Below, piece after piece: positions 23,906 to 34,214 of a DNA stretch of 64,000 nt. The number at the start of each line of letters is the position of its first letter. Positions within the stretch are counted from its first letter, which is position 1. Below the pieces are notes generated by a model. The model did no database searches, was not told the DNA's origin, and was given only the letters and a program-made list of their open reading frames with translations. The DNA lies in the NCBI GenBank assembly GCA_044226535.1, contig JBGAGT010000015.1:43552-107551 (forward strand). The letters are read 5' to 3'. The translations under genes were made by a program, and so were the position numbers. The DNA is from Casimicrobiaceae bacterium. GTDB taxonomy: Bacteria > Pseudomonadota > Gammaproteobacteria > Burkholderiales > Casimicrobiaceae.

Positions 23906-25948
23906 CTAGATCTCGAGCTGCGTGCCGAGCTCGACCACGCGGTTGGTCGGCACGTGGAAGAAGTCCGAGGCCTTGACGGCGTTCTTCTGCATCGACGCGA
24001 AGAGCCGCTCGCGCCACATCGCCATGCCGGTGCCCACGGTCGGGATCAGCGTCTCGCGCGACACGAAGAACGAGGTTTCCATCATCTCGAAGGCGAAGCC
24101 GCGCCGCCCCGACTCCTCGAGGAGCTCTGGGATGTCAGGCTCGTCCTTGAAGCCGTAGCTCGCGATGAAGCGGTAGAAGTCGCAGCCCAGCGGCTTCACG
24201 TCGACGCGCTCGTCGTCCGGGACATAGGGGATGTCGCGGATGACGATGGTCAGGAACACCACGCGCTCGTGCAGCACCTTGTTGTGCTTCAGGTTGTGCA
24301 AGAGCGCATGCGGCACGAGGTTCGGCGTGGAGGTGAGGAACACCGCGGTGCCCTCGACGCGCATCGGCGGCGCGACCTCGATGCTGTCGATGAAGGCGTC
24401 GAGCGGCAGCGCATCCTGCGAAAGGCGGTCGGCGACGATGGCGCGGCCGCGCTTCCAGGTGGTGAGCAGCGTGAACACGATGCCGCCGATCACCAGCGGG
24501 AACCAGCCGCCGTCGGGGATCTTGAGCACGTTGGACGAGAGCAGCGCAAGGTCGATCAGCACCAGCGGCACGGCGATGGCCGTCGCCGTCCACGCCGACC
24601 AGTTCCAGAGCCTGCGCATCACCACGGCGATCAGCAGCGAGTCGATGAGCATCGCCAGCGTCACCGCGATACCGTAGGCCGCGGCCAGGTTGTCCGACGA
24701 GCGGAAACCCACGACCAGCAGCATCACCGCGGCGAACAGCATCCAGTTGATGAAGGGCACGTAGATCTGGCCCATCGTCTTGTCGGAGGTGTGGCGGATG
24801 GCCAGCCGCGGGCAATAGCCCATCTGGATGGCCGCGCGCGTCAGCGAGAACGCGCCCGAGATCACGGCCTGCGAGGCGATGATGGCGGCGAGCGTCGCGA
24901 GCAGCAGCAGCGGCACCAGCGCCCAGGAGGGCGCCAGCAGGTAGAAGGGGTTGCGCACCGTCTCCGGGTTGTCGATCAGGAGCGCGCCCTGGCCGAAATA
25001 GTTGAGCACCAGCGCGGGGCCGACGAACCACAGCCAGGCGCGGCGGATGGGCCCCGCGCCGAAGTGCCCCATGTCGGCGTACAGCGCCTCCACGCCCGTC
25101 ACCGCGAGCACCACGGCGCCGAGCGCGATGAACGCCGCGCCGGTGTTGGTGGCGAGGAAGGTGAAGGCGTGCCCCGGCGACATGGCGGCGAGCACCTGCG
25201 GCGAATGGACGATCTGCAGCAGGCCCAGCGCGCCGATCACCACGAACCACAGGCACATCACCGGCCCGAACACCGCGCCGATGGCGCCGGTGCCGCGCTT
25301 CTGGATGGCGAAGAGCCCGACCATGATCACGGTGGTGACGGGGACCACCCAGTGCTCGAGCGCGGGTGCGGCGACCTCGAGCCCCTCGACCGCGCCGAGC
25401 ACGGTGATCGCCGGCGTGATCATGCCGTCGCCGTAGAACATCGCGGCGCCGAAGATGCCGAGCCCGACCAGCCACCAGCGGCGCCGCTCGGTGCGCGCGA
25501 GCCCGCGCGACACCAGCGCGGTCAGCGCGAGGATGCCGCCTTCGCCGCGGTTGTCGGCGCGCATGATCAGCACGATGTACTTCAGCGTGACGATCACCAC
25601 CAGCGCCCAGAAGATCACCGACAGGATGCCGAGCACGTTCTCGTGCGTGAGCGTGAGCGCGTGGTGGCCGGTGAAGGCCGTGCGCAGCGTGTAAAGCGGG
25701 CTGGTGCCGATGTCGCCGAACACCACGCCGATCGCGCCCAGCACCAGCGGTGCCATCGGCCGTGCGGCGTGGCCGCCGTGGGTGGCCGGCGCCGCGGGCT
25801 GCGCCGGCGGCGGGTCCGCCGCCTTCGACGTGTCCGGCGGGGCGTCCTGCGGCGCGGCCGGCGGGGCGGCCGGCGGGGCGTCCGGTTGGGGCGCCGGGGG
25901 CCCCGCTTTCGTGGGGACGACGGGGGCCGGCGGGGAAGGGTCGCTCAT
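23906..25948 (-). CDS. kup: KUP/HAK/KT potassium uptake transporter
   Basis: LGAIGVVFGDIGTSPLYTLR motif, 12-TM core and a cytoplasmic C-domain. The first 64 codons are a Pro/Ala-rich extension. Alternative start at ATG 25756. Confidence 0.88.
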   Translation of the reverse strand: MSDPSPPAPVVPTKAGPPAPQPDAPPAAPPAAPQDAPPDTSKAADPPPAQPAAPATHGGHAARPMAPLVLGAIGVVFGDIGTSPLYTLRTAFTGHHALTLTHENVLGILSVIFWALVVIVTLKYIVLIMRADNRGEGGILALTALVSRGLARTERRRWWLVGLGIFGAAMFYGDGMITPAITVLGAVEGLEVAAPALEHWVVPVTTVIMVGLFAIQKRGTGAIGAVFGPVMCLWFVVIGALGLLQIVHSPQVLAAMSPGHAFTFLATNTGAAFIALGAVVLAVTGVEALYADMGHFGAGPIRRAWLWFVGPALVLNYFGQGALLIDNPETVRNPFYLLAPSWALVPLLLLATLAAIIASQAVISGAFSLTRAAIQMGYCPRLAIRHTSDKTMGQIYVPFINWMLFAAVMLLVVGFRSSDNLAAAYGIAVTLAMLIDSLLIAVVMRRLWNWSAWTATAIAVPLVLIDLALLSSNVLKIPDGGWFPLVIGGIVFTLLTTWKRGRAIVADRLSQDALPLDAFIDSIEVAPPMRVEGTAVFLTSTPNLVPHALLHNLKHNKVLHERVVFLTIVIRDIPYVPDDERVDVKPLGCDFYRFIASYGFKDEPDIPELLEESGRRGFAFEMMETSFFVSRETLIPTVGTGMAMWRERLFASMQKNAVKASDFFHVPTNRVVELGTQLEI

Positions 25949-25959
25949 CGCGGGGCCTG

Positions 25960-27243
25960 TCAGCCCGAGCTTTCCTCGTTGCGCCGGGAGAATCGGATGG
26001 CGAGCTGCTTCAACTTGCGATAGAGGTGCGTGCGCTCGAGCCCCGCCTTCTCGGCGACCCGGCTCATGTTGCTCTGCTCGCGCGCGAGCAGCTGCTCGAA
26101 GTAGATGCGCTCGAAGGCCTCGCGCGCCTCGCGCAGCGGCACCTCGAAGAAGCGCGCGGTGATCTCGGGCGCCACCGCCTGCGTGGGCGTCGCGGCCTCG
26201 CCGAGCAGGCGCTTGACGTGCTCGCTGGTGATCTCGCCGCGCAGCAGCGCCAGGTTCTCGACGACGCTCTTCAGGTGGTCGAGGTTGCCGGGCCAGTGCG
26301 CGTTGCCGAGCGCGGCCAGCGCCTGCGGTTGCAGCGTGGCGAGGAGCGGAGCGGCGGCCTCGCCGCGGGTGGCCTCGCGCCAGAAGCGCTCGATCAGCGG
26401 CGGGATGTCCTCGCGCCGCGTGCGCAGCGGCGGCAGCATCACCGCGCCGGCCGAGAGCTGCGCCAGCAGCGCGGGGTCGAAGCGCCCCTCGCTCGCCATG
26501 TTGCCGAGCGGCTCGGCCGAGGTCGCCACCAGCGTGACGTTGTAGCGCTCGAGCTTGGGGATCAGGAACGACAGGTAGCGCTGGTCGACCTTGGAGTACT
26601 GGCCGATCTCGCTCGCCACCAGCACGCCATCGCGCGCCTCCTCGAGCAGCGCGACGGGGTTGGCGAGGCGCGAGGCGTTGGGCAGCACGGTGAAGGGCGC
26701 GTCGGGCGCCTTCAGCGACTCGGCCGCGACGTCGTGGCCCGTGCCGGTCTCGCCCAGCACCAGGATGGGCTTGCGCGCGGCAACGAGCTGCTCGAGCGCC
26801 CGCTCGACCTCGTGCACGCGCGCGCTCGTCCCCAGCGTCGCCAGCGACACGCGGCGCGGCTCCTTGATCGCGGCGACCTTGAGTGCGCGCGCGATGGTCG
26901 CCAGGAGCTTGTTGAGGCCGATCGGCTTCTCGAGGAAGTCGAAGGCGCCGATGCGCGTCGCCTCGACCGCCGTCTCGATGGTGCCGTGGCCCGACATCAT
27001 CACCACCGGCATGGTCAGCGCGCCCGAGGCGCCCCATTCGCGCAGCAGCGTCACGCCATCGGTGTCGGGCATCCAGATGTCGAGCAGCACCATCGCCGGC
27101 TGGACGCGCGCCCGGTAGGCGCGCGCCTCGCTCGCGTTCTCGGCGAGCGCGACGTGGTAGCCCTCGTCCTGCAGGATCTCCGACAGGAGCTCGCGTATGC
27201 CGACCTCGTCGTCGACCACCAGTATTTCACGTGCCTGCGCCAT
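25960..27243 (-). CDS. ntrX: NtrX-like response regulator (REC, degenerate AAA+, Fis-type HTH)
   Basis: REC domain ILVVDDEVGIRELL...LLDIWMPDTDG. The central domain has GETGTGHDVAA in place of Walker A GxxGxGK and VLVASEIG in place of hhhhDE. No GAFTGA motif seen. C-terminal HTH SNMSRVAEKAGLERTHLYRKLK. Confidence 0.8.
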   Translation of the reverse strand: MAQAREILVVDDEVGIRELLSEILQDEGYHVALAENASEARAYRARVQPAMVLLDIWMPDTDGVTLLREWGASGALTMPVVMMSGHGTIETAVEATRIGAFDFLEKPIGLNKLLATIARALKVAAIKEPRRVSLATLGTSARVHEVERALEQLVAARKPILVLGETGTGHDVAAESLKAPDAPFTVLPNASRLANPVALLEEARDGVLVASEIGQYSKVDQRYLSFLIPKLERYNVTLVATSAEPLGNMASEGRFDPALLAQLSAGAVMLPPLRTRREDIPPLIERFWREATRGEAAAPLLATLQPQALAALGNAHWPGNLDHLKSVVENLALLRGEITSEHVKRLLGEAATPTQAVAPEITARFFEVPLREAREAFERIYFEQLLAREQSNMSRVAEKAGLERTHLYRKLKQLAIRFSRRNEESSG

Positions 27244-27252
27244 GGTCCGTCC

Positions 27253-29409
27253 TCATGCAGTCCCGCCCTTGCCGAGCGGGAACACCAGCGTCACCCGCGC
27301 GCCGCGCGGGTCCGCGTTGCCGAGCATCACGCGCCCGCCGTGCTCCTCGACGATTTTCTTGACGATCGCGAGCCCGAGGCCGGTGCCCTTGGCCTTGGTC
27401 GTGACGTAGGGCTCGAATGAATGTTGCAGCACGGCCTCGCTGAATCCCGGCCCGTGGTCGGTGAACGTCAGCACGGCTTCGCCGTTGCGCGGGGCGAGCG
27501 TGATCTCGTAGGCCGGATCCGCGACGTCGGCCTGGGCATCTATCGCATTCTGCAACAGATTGTGCAGCACCTGCCGGAGCCTCGTCGGCTCGCCCTGGAC
27601 CACCACCGGTGCGTCGGGCAGCGAGAGCGCGATCCGGGGGCGCAGATTCTCGTACAGCCCCAGCACCTCGTCCAGCAGCGACTTGACATCGACGCCCTGC
27701 ATCTGGCCGGGGCGGGGGCTGCGCGCGTAGATCGCGAAGTCGTCGACCATGCTCTTCATCGCCGCGACCTGCGCGACGATGGTCTGGGTGCCGCGGCGCA
27801 GCGTCTCCTGGTCGCCGCCGTCGAGCTTGTCGCCGAGCTTCACGGCGAGGCGCTCGGCGGAGAGCTGGATGGGCGTGAGCGGGTTCTTGATCTCGTGCGC
27901 AAGGCGGCGCGCGACCTCGGCCCAGGCCGCGTCGCGCTGCGCCACGACGAGCTCGGACACGTCGTCGAACACCACGACATAGCCCGCGTTGGGCGCGTTG
28001 GCGAGGCGCGTGCCGCGCATCAGGAGCGTGCGCGTGGTTGCGCCCACGCCGAGCTCGGCCTCCTTCTGCCACTTGCCGTCGCGGCTGGCGCGGAACCCCT
28101 CGGCGACGAGCTCGGCGAAGGCGGCGAGCGCAGGCAGGCGCTTGCCCCACTCGCCGAGCGGCATGCCGGTGAGGTCGGGCAGCGGCTGCTGCAGCACCAG
28201 CGCGGCGCTGGGGTTGGCGGTGCGCAGCCGGTAGCGCTCGTCGAAGGCGAGCACGCCGGCAGAGAGGTTGCCGAGCACGCTCTCGAGGTAGGCGCGGGTG
28301 GTCTCGATGGCATGGCGCGACTCCTCGTCGCGCGAGCGCGCGTCGGCGAGCTGGCCCGTCATGGTGTTGAACGACTCGGTGAGCACGCCGAGCTCGTCGC
28401 GCGAGGTCACCGGCTGCCTGCGCGTGAAGTCGCCCTGCGCCACCGCGCGCGTGCCTTCGGCGAGCCGCGACAGCGGCTCGGAGAAGCGCTCGGCCAGCAC
28501 CAGCGCGAGGCCGAGCGCCGCGCTGAAGCCGAGCAGCAGCGTGAGCGTGAGCGTCCACTGGTAGAGGCGCTTCAGCGCGTCGCGCGCGAACGAGATCTCC
28601 TGGTAGTCGCGTGCGCCTTCCTCCGCGCGCTCGGCTTCCTGCGACAGCGAGGTGGGCACGGGCTCGATCACCTGCAGGAGCTTCAGCGGGTCGAAGCGAT
28701 CGCCGGTGTTCACCGGCACGACGACGCGCGCGATCAGCCCGCGCTGCGGGAGCTGCTCGATCGCGCCGAAGTTCTGCTGCAGGCGAGCGCGGCGCAGGGC
28801 CGCCGCGGGAGGCGGCTCGGGCGCCGCCGTGGTGCCCGAGATCCCCGCGACGGCGATCACGCTGCCGGTGGCGGTGAAGAGCGTCGCCTCGTGCACGCCG
28901 AGCTGCTCGGTCGCGCGGTTGAGCGCCGACGCGAGCCCGGAGCCCTGCGCTTCGGACAGCGCGAAGGAGATCTGCGTGGCGCGGTTGGTGGCGTCCTTGA
29001 CGACGAAATCGAGCGCGCTGCGGCCCAGGTTGATGCCGCTCTCCAGCGCGCGGTCGACGCGCACGTCGAACCAGCTCTCGATGCTGCGCCCGATGAACTG
29101 CACCGACACGGCGTAGAGCAGCGCGCCGGGCAAGAGCGCGACCAGCGAGAACAGCAGCACCAGCCTCAGCGCGAGGCGCGACCCGAACACGCCGGCGCGC
29201 AGGTTGCGCCACAGCCCCCAGAGCTGCACGCCGACGATCACCATCAGCAGCGCGACCAGCGCCGCCGTCGCCACCACCAGCTTGTCGTAGCCTCCCGCGA
29301 AGAACGCGGTGTTGGAGGTGGCGCTGGCGAGCAGGAACAGCGTGATCAGCGCGATGCAGGCCGCGCCGAGCAGCAGCCAGCGCCAGCGGCGCGACCCGGG
29401 CAGCTTCAT
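27253..29409 (-). CDS. ntrY: NtrY-like sensor histidine kinase
   Basis: N-terminal TM helices, HAMP and PAS regions, H-box AHEIKNPLTPIQLSAERL, and an HATPase_c end (GTGLGLAIVKKIVEEHGG). Confidence 0.85.
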   Translation of the reverse strand: MKLPGSRRWRWLLLGAACIALITLFLLASATSNTAFFAGGYDKLVVATAALVALLMVIVGVQLWGLWRNLRAGVFGSRLALRLVLLFSLVALLPGALLYAVSVQFIGRSIESWFDVRVDRALESGINLGRSALDFVVKDATNRATQISFALSEAQGSGLASALNRATEQLGVHEATLFTATGSVIAVAGISGTTAAPEPPPAAALRRARLQQNFGAIEQLPQRGLIARVVVPVNTGDRFDPLKLLQVIEPVPTSLSQEAERAEEGARDYQEISFARDALKRLYQWTLTLTLLLGFSAALGLALVLAERFSEPLSRLAEGTRAVAQGDFTRRQPVTSRDELGVLTESFNTMTGQLADARSRDEESRHAIETTRAYLESVLGNLSAGVLAFDERYRLRTANPSAALVLQQPLPDLTGMPLGEWGKRLPALAAFAELVAEGFRASRDGKWQKEAELGVGATTRTLLMRGTRLANAPNAGYVVVFDDVSELVVAQRDAAWAEVARRLAHEIKNPLTPIQLSAERLAVKLGDKLDGGDQETLRRGTQTIVAQVAAMKSMVDDFAIYARSPRPGQMQGVDVKSLLDEVLGLYENLRPRIALSLPDAPVVVQGEPTRLRQVLHNLLQNAIDAQADVADPAYEITLAPRNGEAVLTFTDHGPGFSEAVLQHSFEPYVTTKAKGTGLGLAIVKKIVEEHGGRVMLGNADPRGARVTLVFPLGKGGTA

Positions 29410-29448
29410 GCGGGCGCCGCCATGGCATCGGGCTTCATCGCCGTACCG

Positions 29449-30033
29449 TCATGGCGTGAAGCCCCAGCGCGTCCACTCGGAGCCGAGCTGCCAGTCGCGC
29501 GAGCCGAGCGCCGACACCTGAAGCGGCTTGGGGAGCTGCGTGACGTCGAGCTTGAGCCGCAGCGCCGCGTCGTAGCGCACGCCCTTGGCGAGGTCGGCGG
29601 CGCGCGCCACCGGCCGCGCGTTGACGCGGCCGAGGAAGCGCTCGACCTCGGCGAGCGTCTCGATGCTCTGCGACATGAGGCCGCTGCCGATGCGGTACTG
29701 GCGCGTCAGCGGCGAGAACGACAGGCGATAGGTCGTGGTCTTCTGCACGACCTTCTCGTCGGCCCACCACCAGCGCGGGCGCGTGAGCTCGAACTCGAGG
29801 TCGAAGTACAGTGCGATGCCGCGGGACAGGGCCTCCTCGAGCGTGGGGTTGAGGGCGAGGTCGAACTCGGCGGACAGCAGGATCTCGCCGTCCTCCTCGT
29901 GCAGCTCGGCGCTGCGCACGGCGATGCCCTCGGCGCGCGCGAAGGGCGCGGCCAGTGCGGCCAGCAAGCAGGCGAGCGCCAGCCACAGCGTGAGCCAACG
30001 CGCGCGAGCGCCGGCGGATTTCGTCGATCGCAT
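29449..30033 (-). CDS. DUF4390-domain periplasmic protein
   Basis: Signal peptide MRSTKSAGARARWLTLWLALACLLAALAAPFARA. Size (194 aa) and position between rsmB and ntrY are typical for DUF4390 in Betaproteobacteria (from memory). ATG overlaps the rsmB stop (TGATG). Confidence 0.6.
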   Translation of the reverse strand: MRSTKSAGARARWLTLWLALACLLAALAAPFARAEGIAVRSAELHEEDGEILLSAEFDLALNPTLEEALSRGIALYFDLEFELTRPRWWWADEKVVQKTTTYRLSFSPLTRQYRIGSGLMSQSIETLAEVERFLGRVNARPVARAADLAKGVRYDAALRLKLDVTQLPKPLQVSALGSRDWQLGSEWTRWGFTP

Positions 30034-31334
30034 CACGCCTTGCGGATCCGCGCGTAGAAGAATCCGTCCCGATTGTGGGGCGGCGCGGCGGACGAAGGCA
30101 AGACTTGCCCGCCGTCGTGCGCGACGCCGGCGGGGAAATTGAGGGTTTCGCGCAACGCGCCGGGCGTCCTCGCGCAGAACGCCGCGACGCGCGCCTCGTT
30201 CTCCTCGTCGAACACCGAGCAGGTCGCGTACAGCATGGCGCCACCGTGCGCCAGCACGGTCCACAGCGCGTCGAGGAGCGTGTCCTGCGTCGCCGCGAAG
30301 CGCGCGATGTCGGATTCGCGGCGCAACCACTTGGCGTCGGGATGGCGTCGCACGATGCCCGAGGCGCTGCAGGGCACGTCGGCGAGGATGCGGTCGAAGG
30401 GACTGCCGTCCCACCATGCCGAAGGCGTCGCGGCGTCGCCCGCGGCGACGGTGACGCGCGGACCCGCGAGCGAAAGCCGCGCGAGGTTGTCGCGCACGCG
30501 CGAAAGCCGCGCCTCGTCGCGATCGAGCGCCAGCAGCGTGACGTCGGCGCGCTCGAGGATGTGCGTGCTCTTGCCGCCCGGCGCCGCCCAGGCGTCTAGC
30601 ACGCGCAAGCCGTCGCGCGCGTCGAGCAGCGCCGCCGCGAGCTGCGCGCCCGCGTCCTGCACGCTGAAGAGCCCCTCCGCGAAGCCCGGCAGCGCGGTGA
30701 CGGCGACGGGCGCGTCGACGACGATCGCGGCATCGCCGCCGGCCTGCGCTGCAACGCCCTCGGCGGCGAAGCGCGCGAGGAGCGCGTCACGGCCGATGGC
30801 GCGCAGGTTGGCGCGCAGCGTGAGCGGCGGACGCTCGTTGCCCGCGGCGAGCAGCGACTGCCAGTTCGCGGGATGGTCGCGTGCGAGGCGCGCCACCCAC
30901 CAGCCCGGGTACGACCAGCGCGCGCGCGCGTCGTCGCTGCGTTCGAGCGCGGCGTCGATCGACGCGCGCTCGCGGAGGTAGCGGCGCAGCAGCGCGTTGA
31001 CCAGCGAGCGCGCCTGAGGGCGCCCGCCCGCGGCCACCGCCTCCACGGCCTGGTCGACCACGGCGAAGTCGGGCGCGCGCGTATGCACGAGCTGATAGAG
31101 CGCGACGTCGAGCAGGAGCGCGACCTCGCGGTCGGCGACGGGCTTCGCGGCGAGGCGGCGCACGATGGCGTCGAGGCGGCCAAGGTGGCGCAGCGTGCCG
31201 TAGGCGAGCTCGTGCACCAGCGCGCGCGCGGGGCCCGCGTCGCGCAGGTCGGCGCGCGACAGCGCCTCGGTGAGCGAGCTGCCGCCTTCGACCGCGGCGA
31301 CGAGGGCGGCGGCCTGGCGTTGCGACTGCTGCAT
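30033..31334 (-). CDS. rsmB: 16S rRNA (cytosine967-C5)-methyltransferase RsmB/Sun
   Basis: NusB-like N-domain, SAM motif LDAWAAPGGKSTH, and catalytic FDRILADVPCSASGIVRRHPD and YATCSV segments. Start at ATG 31334. Confidence 0.88.
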   Translation of the reverse strand: MQQSQRQAAALVAAVEGGSSLTEALSRADLRDAGPARALVHELAYGTLRHLGRLDAIVRRLAAKPVADREVALLLDVALYQLVHTRAPDFAVVDQAVEAVAAGGRPQARSLVNALLRRYLRERASIDAALERSDDARARWSYPGWWVARLARDHPANWQSLLAAGNERPPLTLRANLRAIGRDALLARFAAEGVAAQAGGDAAIVVDAPVAVTALPGFAEGLFSVQDAGAQLAAALLDARDGLRVLDAWAAPGGKSTHILERADVTLLALDRDEARLSRVRDNLARLSLAGPRVTVAAGDAATPSAWWDGSPFDRILADVPCSASGIVRRHPDAKWLRRESDIARFAATQDTLLDALWTVLAHGGAMLYATCSVFDEENEARVAAFCARTPGALRETLNFPAGVAHDGGQVLPSSAAPPHNRDGFFYARIRKA

Positions 31335-31345
31335 CGCCTCGCGTC

Positions 31346-32362
31346 CTAGTCCGCGGCGCCGAGGCGGGCGCCGGGTACCAGGCGCTGGCCGGCGGCGAAG
31401 GCCGCGGCGCCCATGCGCCGCGCACTGGCGGGCTGGACCTCGAGGAGCCGCAGCACGCCGCGCCCGCAGGCGACCTCGAGGCCTTGCGGCGACACGGCGA
31501 GCACGGTGCCCGGGACTGCGGCGGCGGCGCGCGGCGGGTCGGCCGATGGCACCGCGTCCTCCACGGCCTCGGCGCGCCACAGCTTGAGTGGGGCGCCGCC
31601 CAGCGCGGTCCACGCGCCCGGCCAGGGGTCGAAGGCGCGGATGGCGCGCTCGAGGTGCGCCGCGTCGCGCGACCAATCGACGCGCGCGTCGTCGCGCGAG
31701 AGCTTGGCGGCGTAGGTCACGCCTTCGGCGGGCTGCGGCGTGGCGCGGAGCGCCTCACCCGACGCGAGCCTCGCCAGCGCCTCGACGAGCGCCTGCGCGC
31801 CCAGCGCGGCGAGGCGCTCCGTCAGCGTGCCGGCGCTGTCGCGCGGCCCGATGGCCAGGCGCCGCGCCACGATCATGCCGCCGGTGTCGAGCCCCGCGTC
31901 CATCTGCATCAGCGTCACGCCGGTCTCGGCGTCGCCCGCCTCGAGGGCGCGCGCCACCGGCGCCGCGCCGCGCCAGCGCGGCAGCAGCGAGGCGTGGATG
32001 TTGACGCAACCATGGCGCGGCAGGTCGAGCACGCGCTGCGGGAGGATGAGGCCATAGGCCGCCACCACCAGCACGTCGAGGCGGGCGCGCGCCACGGCGT
32101 CGACGGCGGCGTCCTGGCGCAGCGAAGGCGGCTGCGCGACCGCGAGGCCGTGCGCGTCGGCGAGCGCCTTGACCGGCGAGGCGACGAGGTCGAGCCCTCG
32201 GCCCTTTGGCCGATCGGGCTGCGTGAGAACCAGGGGTATCGTGGCCCCGGCGTCGATCAGCGCAGCGAGGGCGGCCGCGGCGAAGGGCGGCGTGCCGGCG
32301 AAGCCGATGCGCAGCGACGAAAGGTCCGGCGCCGGGTCGACCCGCGGTGGGGCGGCGCTCAC
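31346..32362 (-). CDS. fmt: methionyl-tRNA formyltransferase
   Basis: [15 protein letters not shown]...[10 protein letters not shown]...[15 protein letters not shown] motifs. GTG 32362 overlaps the def stop (GTGA). Confidence 0.9.
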   Translation of the reverse strand: MSAAPPRVDPAPDLSSLRIGFAGTPPFAAAALAALIDAGATIPLVLTQPDRPKGRGLDLVASPVKALADAHGLAVAQPPSLRQDAAVDAVARARLDVLVVAAYGLILPQRVLDLPRHGCVNIHASLLPRWRGAAPVARALEAGDAETGVTLMQMDAGLDTGGMIVARRLAIGPRDSAGTLTERLAALGAQALVEALARLASGEALRATPQPAEGVTYAAKLSRDDARVDWSRDAAHLERAIRAFDPWPGAWTALGGAPLKLWRAEAVEDAVPSADPPRAAAAVPGTVLAVSPQGLEVACGRGVLRLLEVQPASARRMGAAAFAAGQRLVPGARLGAAD

Positions 32363-32859
32363 CCGGCCAGGCGCTGCTTCTTCTTGAGCTTGGCGGCGAC
32401 GCGTGCGCGCTTCAGCGGCGACAGGTGGTCGACGAAGACAATCCCTTGCAAGTGATCCATTTCATGCTGGATGCATACCGCGAGCAGCTCGTCGCAATCG
32501 AGCTCGAAGGGCTCGCCGTGCTCGTCCTGGGCCCGAACGCGGACCCGTGCGGCGCGGGTGACCTTGTCGTAGTACCCGGGCACCGACAGGCAGCCTTCCT
32601 CGGCCTCGGCCTCGCCCTCGGCGGCGACGAGCTCGGGGTTGATGAACACGCGCAGCTCGTCGCGCGCATCGGAGATGTCCATGACGATCACGCGCTTGTG
32701 CACGTCGACCTGCGTGGCGGCGAGTCCGACGCCGGGGGCGGCGTACATGGTCTCGGCCATGTCGCGCACCAGCTTGACGATTTCCGGGGTGAAGGCCTTG
32801 ATGGGCTGGGCGACCTTCTTGAGGCGCGGGTCGGGGTATTCGAGGATGGGCAGGATCAT
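32359..32859 (-). CDS. def: peptide deformylase
   Basis: [15 protein letters not shown]..., [23 protein letters not shown] (the three PDF motifs). Start at ATG 32859. Confidence 0.95.
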   Translation of the reverse strand: MILPILEYPDPRLKKVAQPIKAFTPEIVKLVRDMAETMYAAPGVGLAATQVDVHKRVIVMDISDARDELRVFINPELVAAEGEAEAEEGCLSVPGYYDKVTRAARVRVRAQDEHGEPFELDCDELLAVCIQHEMDHLQGIVFVDHLSPLKRARVAAKLKKKQRLAG

Positions 32860-33091
32860 GGTCTGGGCCTCGCGGGCGAAGGCTTTCCGCTCATCCCCGC
32901 CGGCACGCCCCTTGCGGGAGCCGGCGGCCGGGCACGCCGCGCCGCGCGCGCAACGCGACGGGGTGCCGCGGCCCGGCGAGGCGACAGGAAAGCTTGCCAA
33001 ATGCAAGTGTCGGATGCAGAATCGTCTTTAAGTCCTTATTTTGCGGCGGTTTAGGACGTTTGCAAGACCGCTCGCCAGGGGAAGAGGTCTT

Positions 33092-34204
33092 ATGCGTCAA
33101 CAGTTTAGCATGTGCCTTAGAGAGGCCGCCGCGATGGTTGCGGTGCTATGTGTCCTGGCGACGCCCTCGTTCGCGGCGGACCGGCTCGAGCTCGCTCCCG
33201 ACGCGCCGAACAGCTACACGGTGCAAAAAGGCGACACCCTGTGGGCGATTTCCGGGCGCTTCCTCAAGGACCCGTGGCGCTGGCCGCAAATCTGGGGCCT
33301 CAACAAGGCCCAGATCAAGGACCCCCACTGGATCTACCCGGGCGACGTGATCACCTTGGACCGCCTCGGCCCTGACGGCCAGCCGCGCCTATCGGTGTCG
33401 ACCGGCGGCACGGTGCGCCTGTCACCCACCATCCGCGTCGAGGCCCTGGGGCCCGCCGGGATCCCGTCCATCCCCCCCGGCGACATCGAGCCTTACCTCA
33501 CGCCGGCGCTGGTCACCGACAGCCCGGGCCTGCCCGGCTCGGGCGAGATCGTCGCGGGCCGCGACCGCGGGCGGGTGGTGCGCGGGCAGAACGACCGCGT
33601 CTATGCCGTCGGCCTCGATCCCAAGGCGGGCGAGTCCTGGATGATCTACCGCCCGGGCAAGGCGCTGTTCTCCCCCTTCCACCGCGAGGTGCTGGGCTTC
33701 GAGAACCGCTTCATCGGCCGGGCGCGCGTGGAGCGCTTCGCCGACGTCAGCACGCTGCTCATCACCGAGTCCCGCGAGGAGGTGTTCGTCGGCGACCGCT
33801 TGCTGCCGGTGCCGGCGGAGACATTGGTGAACTTCGTCCCACACGCGGCCGAGAAGCCGATCGAGGGCGATATCATCGCGTCCTACCGCAACGAGAGCGA
33901 GCTCGGGCGCGGCGCCATCGTCACCTTGGACGTCGGCGCGCGCGACGGCGTCGAGGTCGGGCACGTGTTCGCCGTCTACCATGCCGTGGCGCCGATCCGC
34001 GACCCGCGTCCCAACCAGTCGACGCCGCAGCTCCTGCGCTTCCTCGACCAGACGACGTACTTCACGCCCGACCACTACCTCGACGTTCCCGAGGAGCGCA
34101 TCGGGCTCACCTTCGTGTTCCGCACCTTCGACCGCGTGTCCTACGCGATCCTGCTCAACACGACCGATCCCGTCGTCGTCGGCGACCGCGTCCGCAATCC
34201 CTGA
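33092..34204 (+). CDS. LysM peptidoglycan-binding domain protein
   Basis: Signal peptide, then the LysM motif YTVQKGDTLWAISGRFLKDPWRWPQIW...IYPGDVITL. ATG 33092 is preceded by GGGGAAGAGG. Conserved neighbour of def/dprA. Confidence 0.85.
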   Translation: MRQQFSMCLREAAAMVAVLCVLATPSFAADRLELAPDAPNSYTVQKGDTLWAISGRFLKDPWRWPQIWGLNKAQIKDPHWIYPGDVITLDRLGPDGQPRLSVSTGGTVRLSPTIRVEALGPAGIPSIPPGDIEPYLTPALVTDSPGLPGSGEIVAGRDRGRVVRGQNDRVYAVGLDPKAGESWMIYRPGKALFSPFHREVLGFENRFIGRARVERFADVSTLLITESREEVFVGDRLLPVPAETLVNFVPHAAEKPIEGDIIASYRNESELGRGAIVTLDVGARDGVEVGHVFAVYHAVAPIRDPRPNQSTPQLLRFLDQTTYFTPDHYLDVPEERIGLTFVFRTFDRVSYAILLNTTDPVVVGDRVRNP

Positions 34205-34214
34205 GCCCGAGGCC

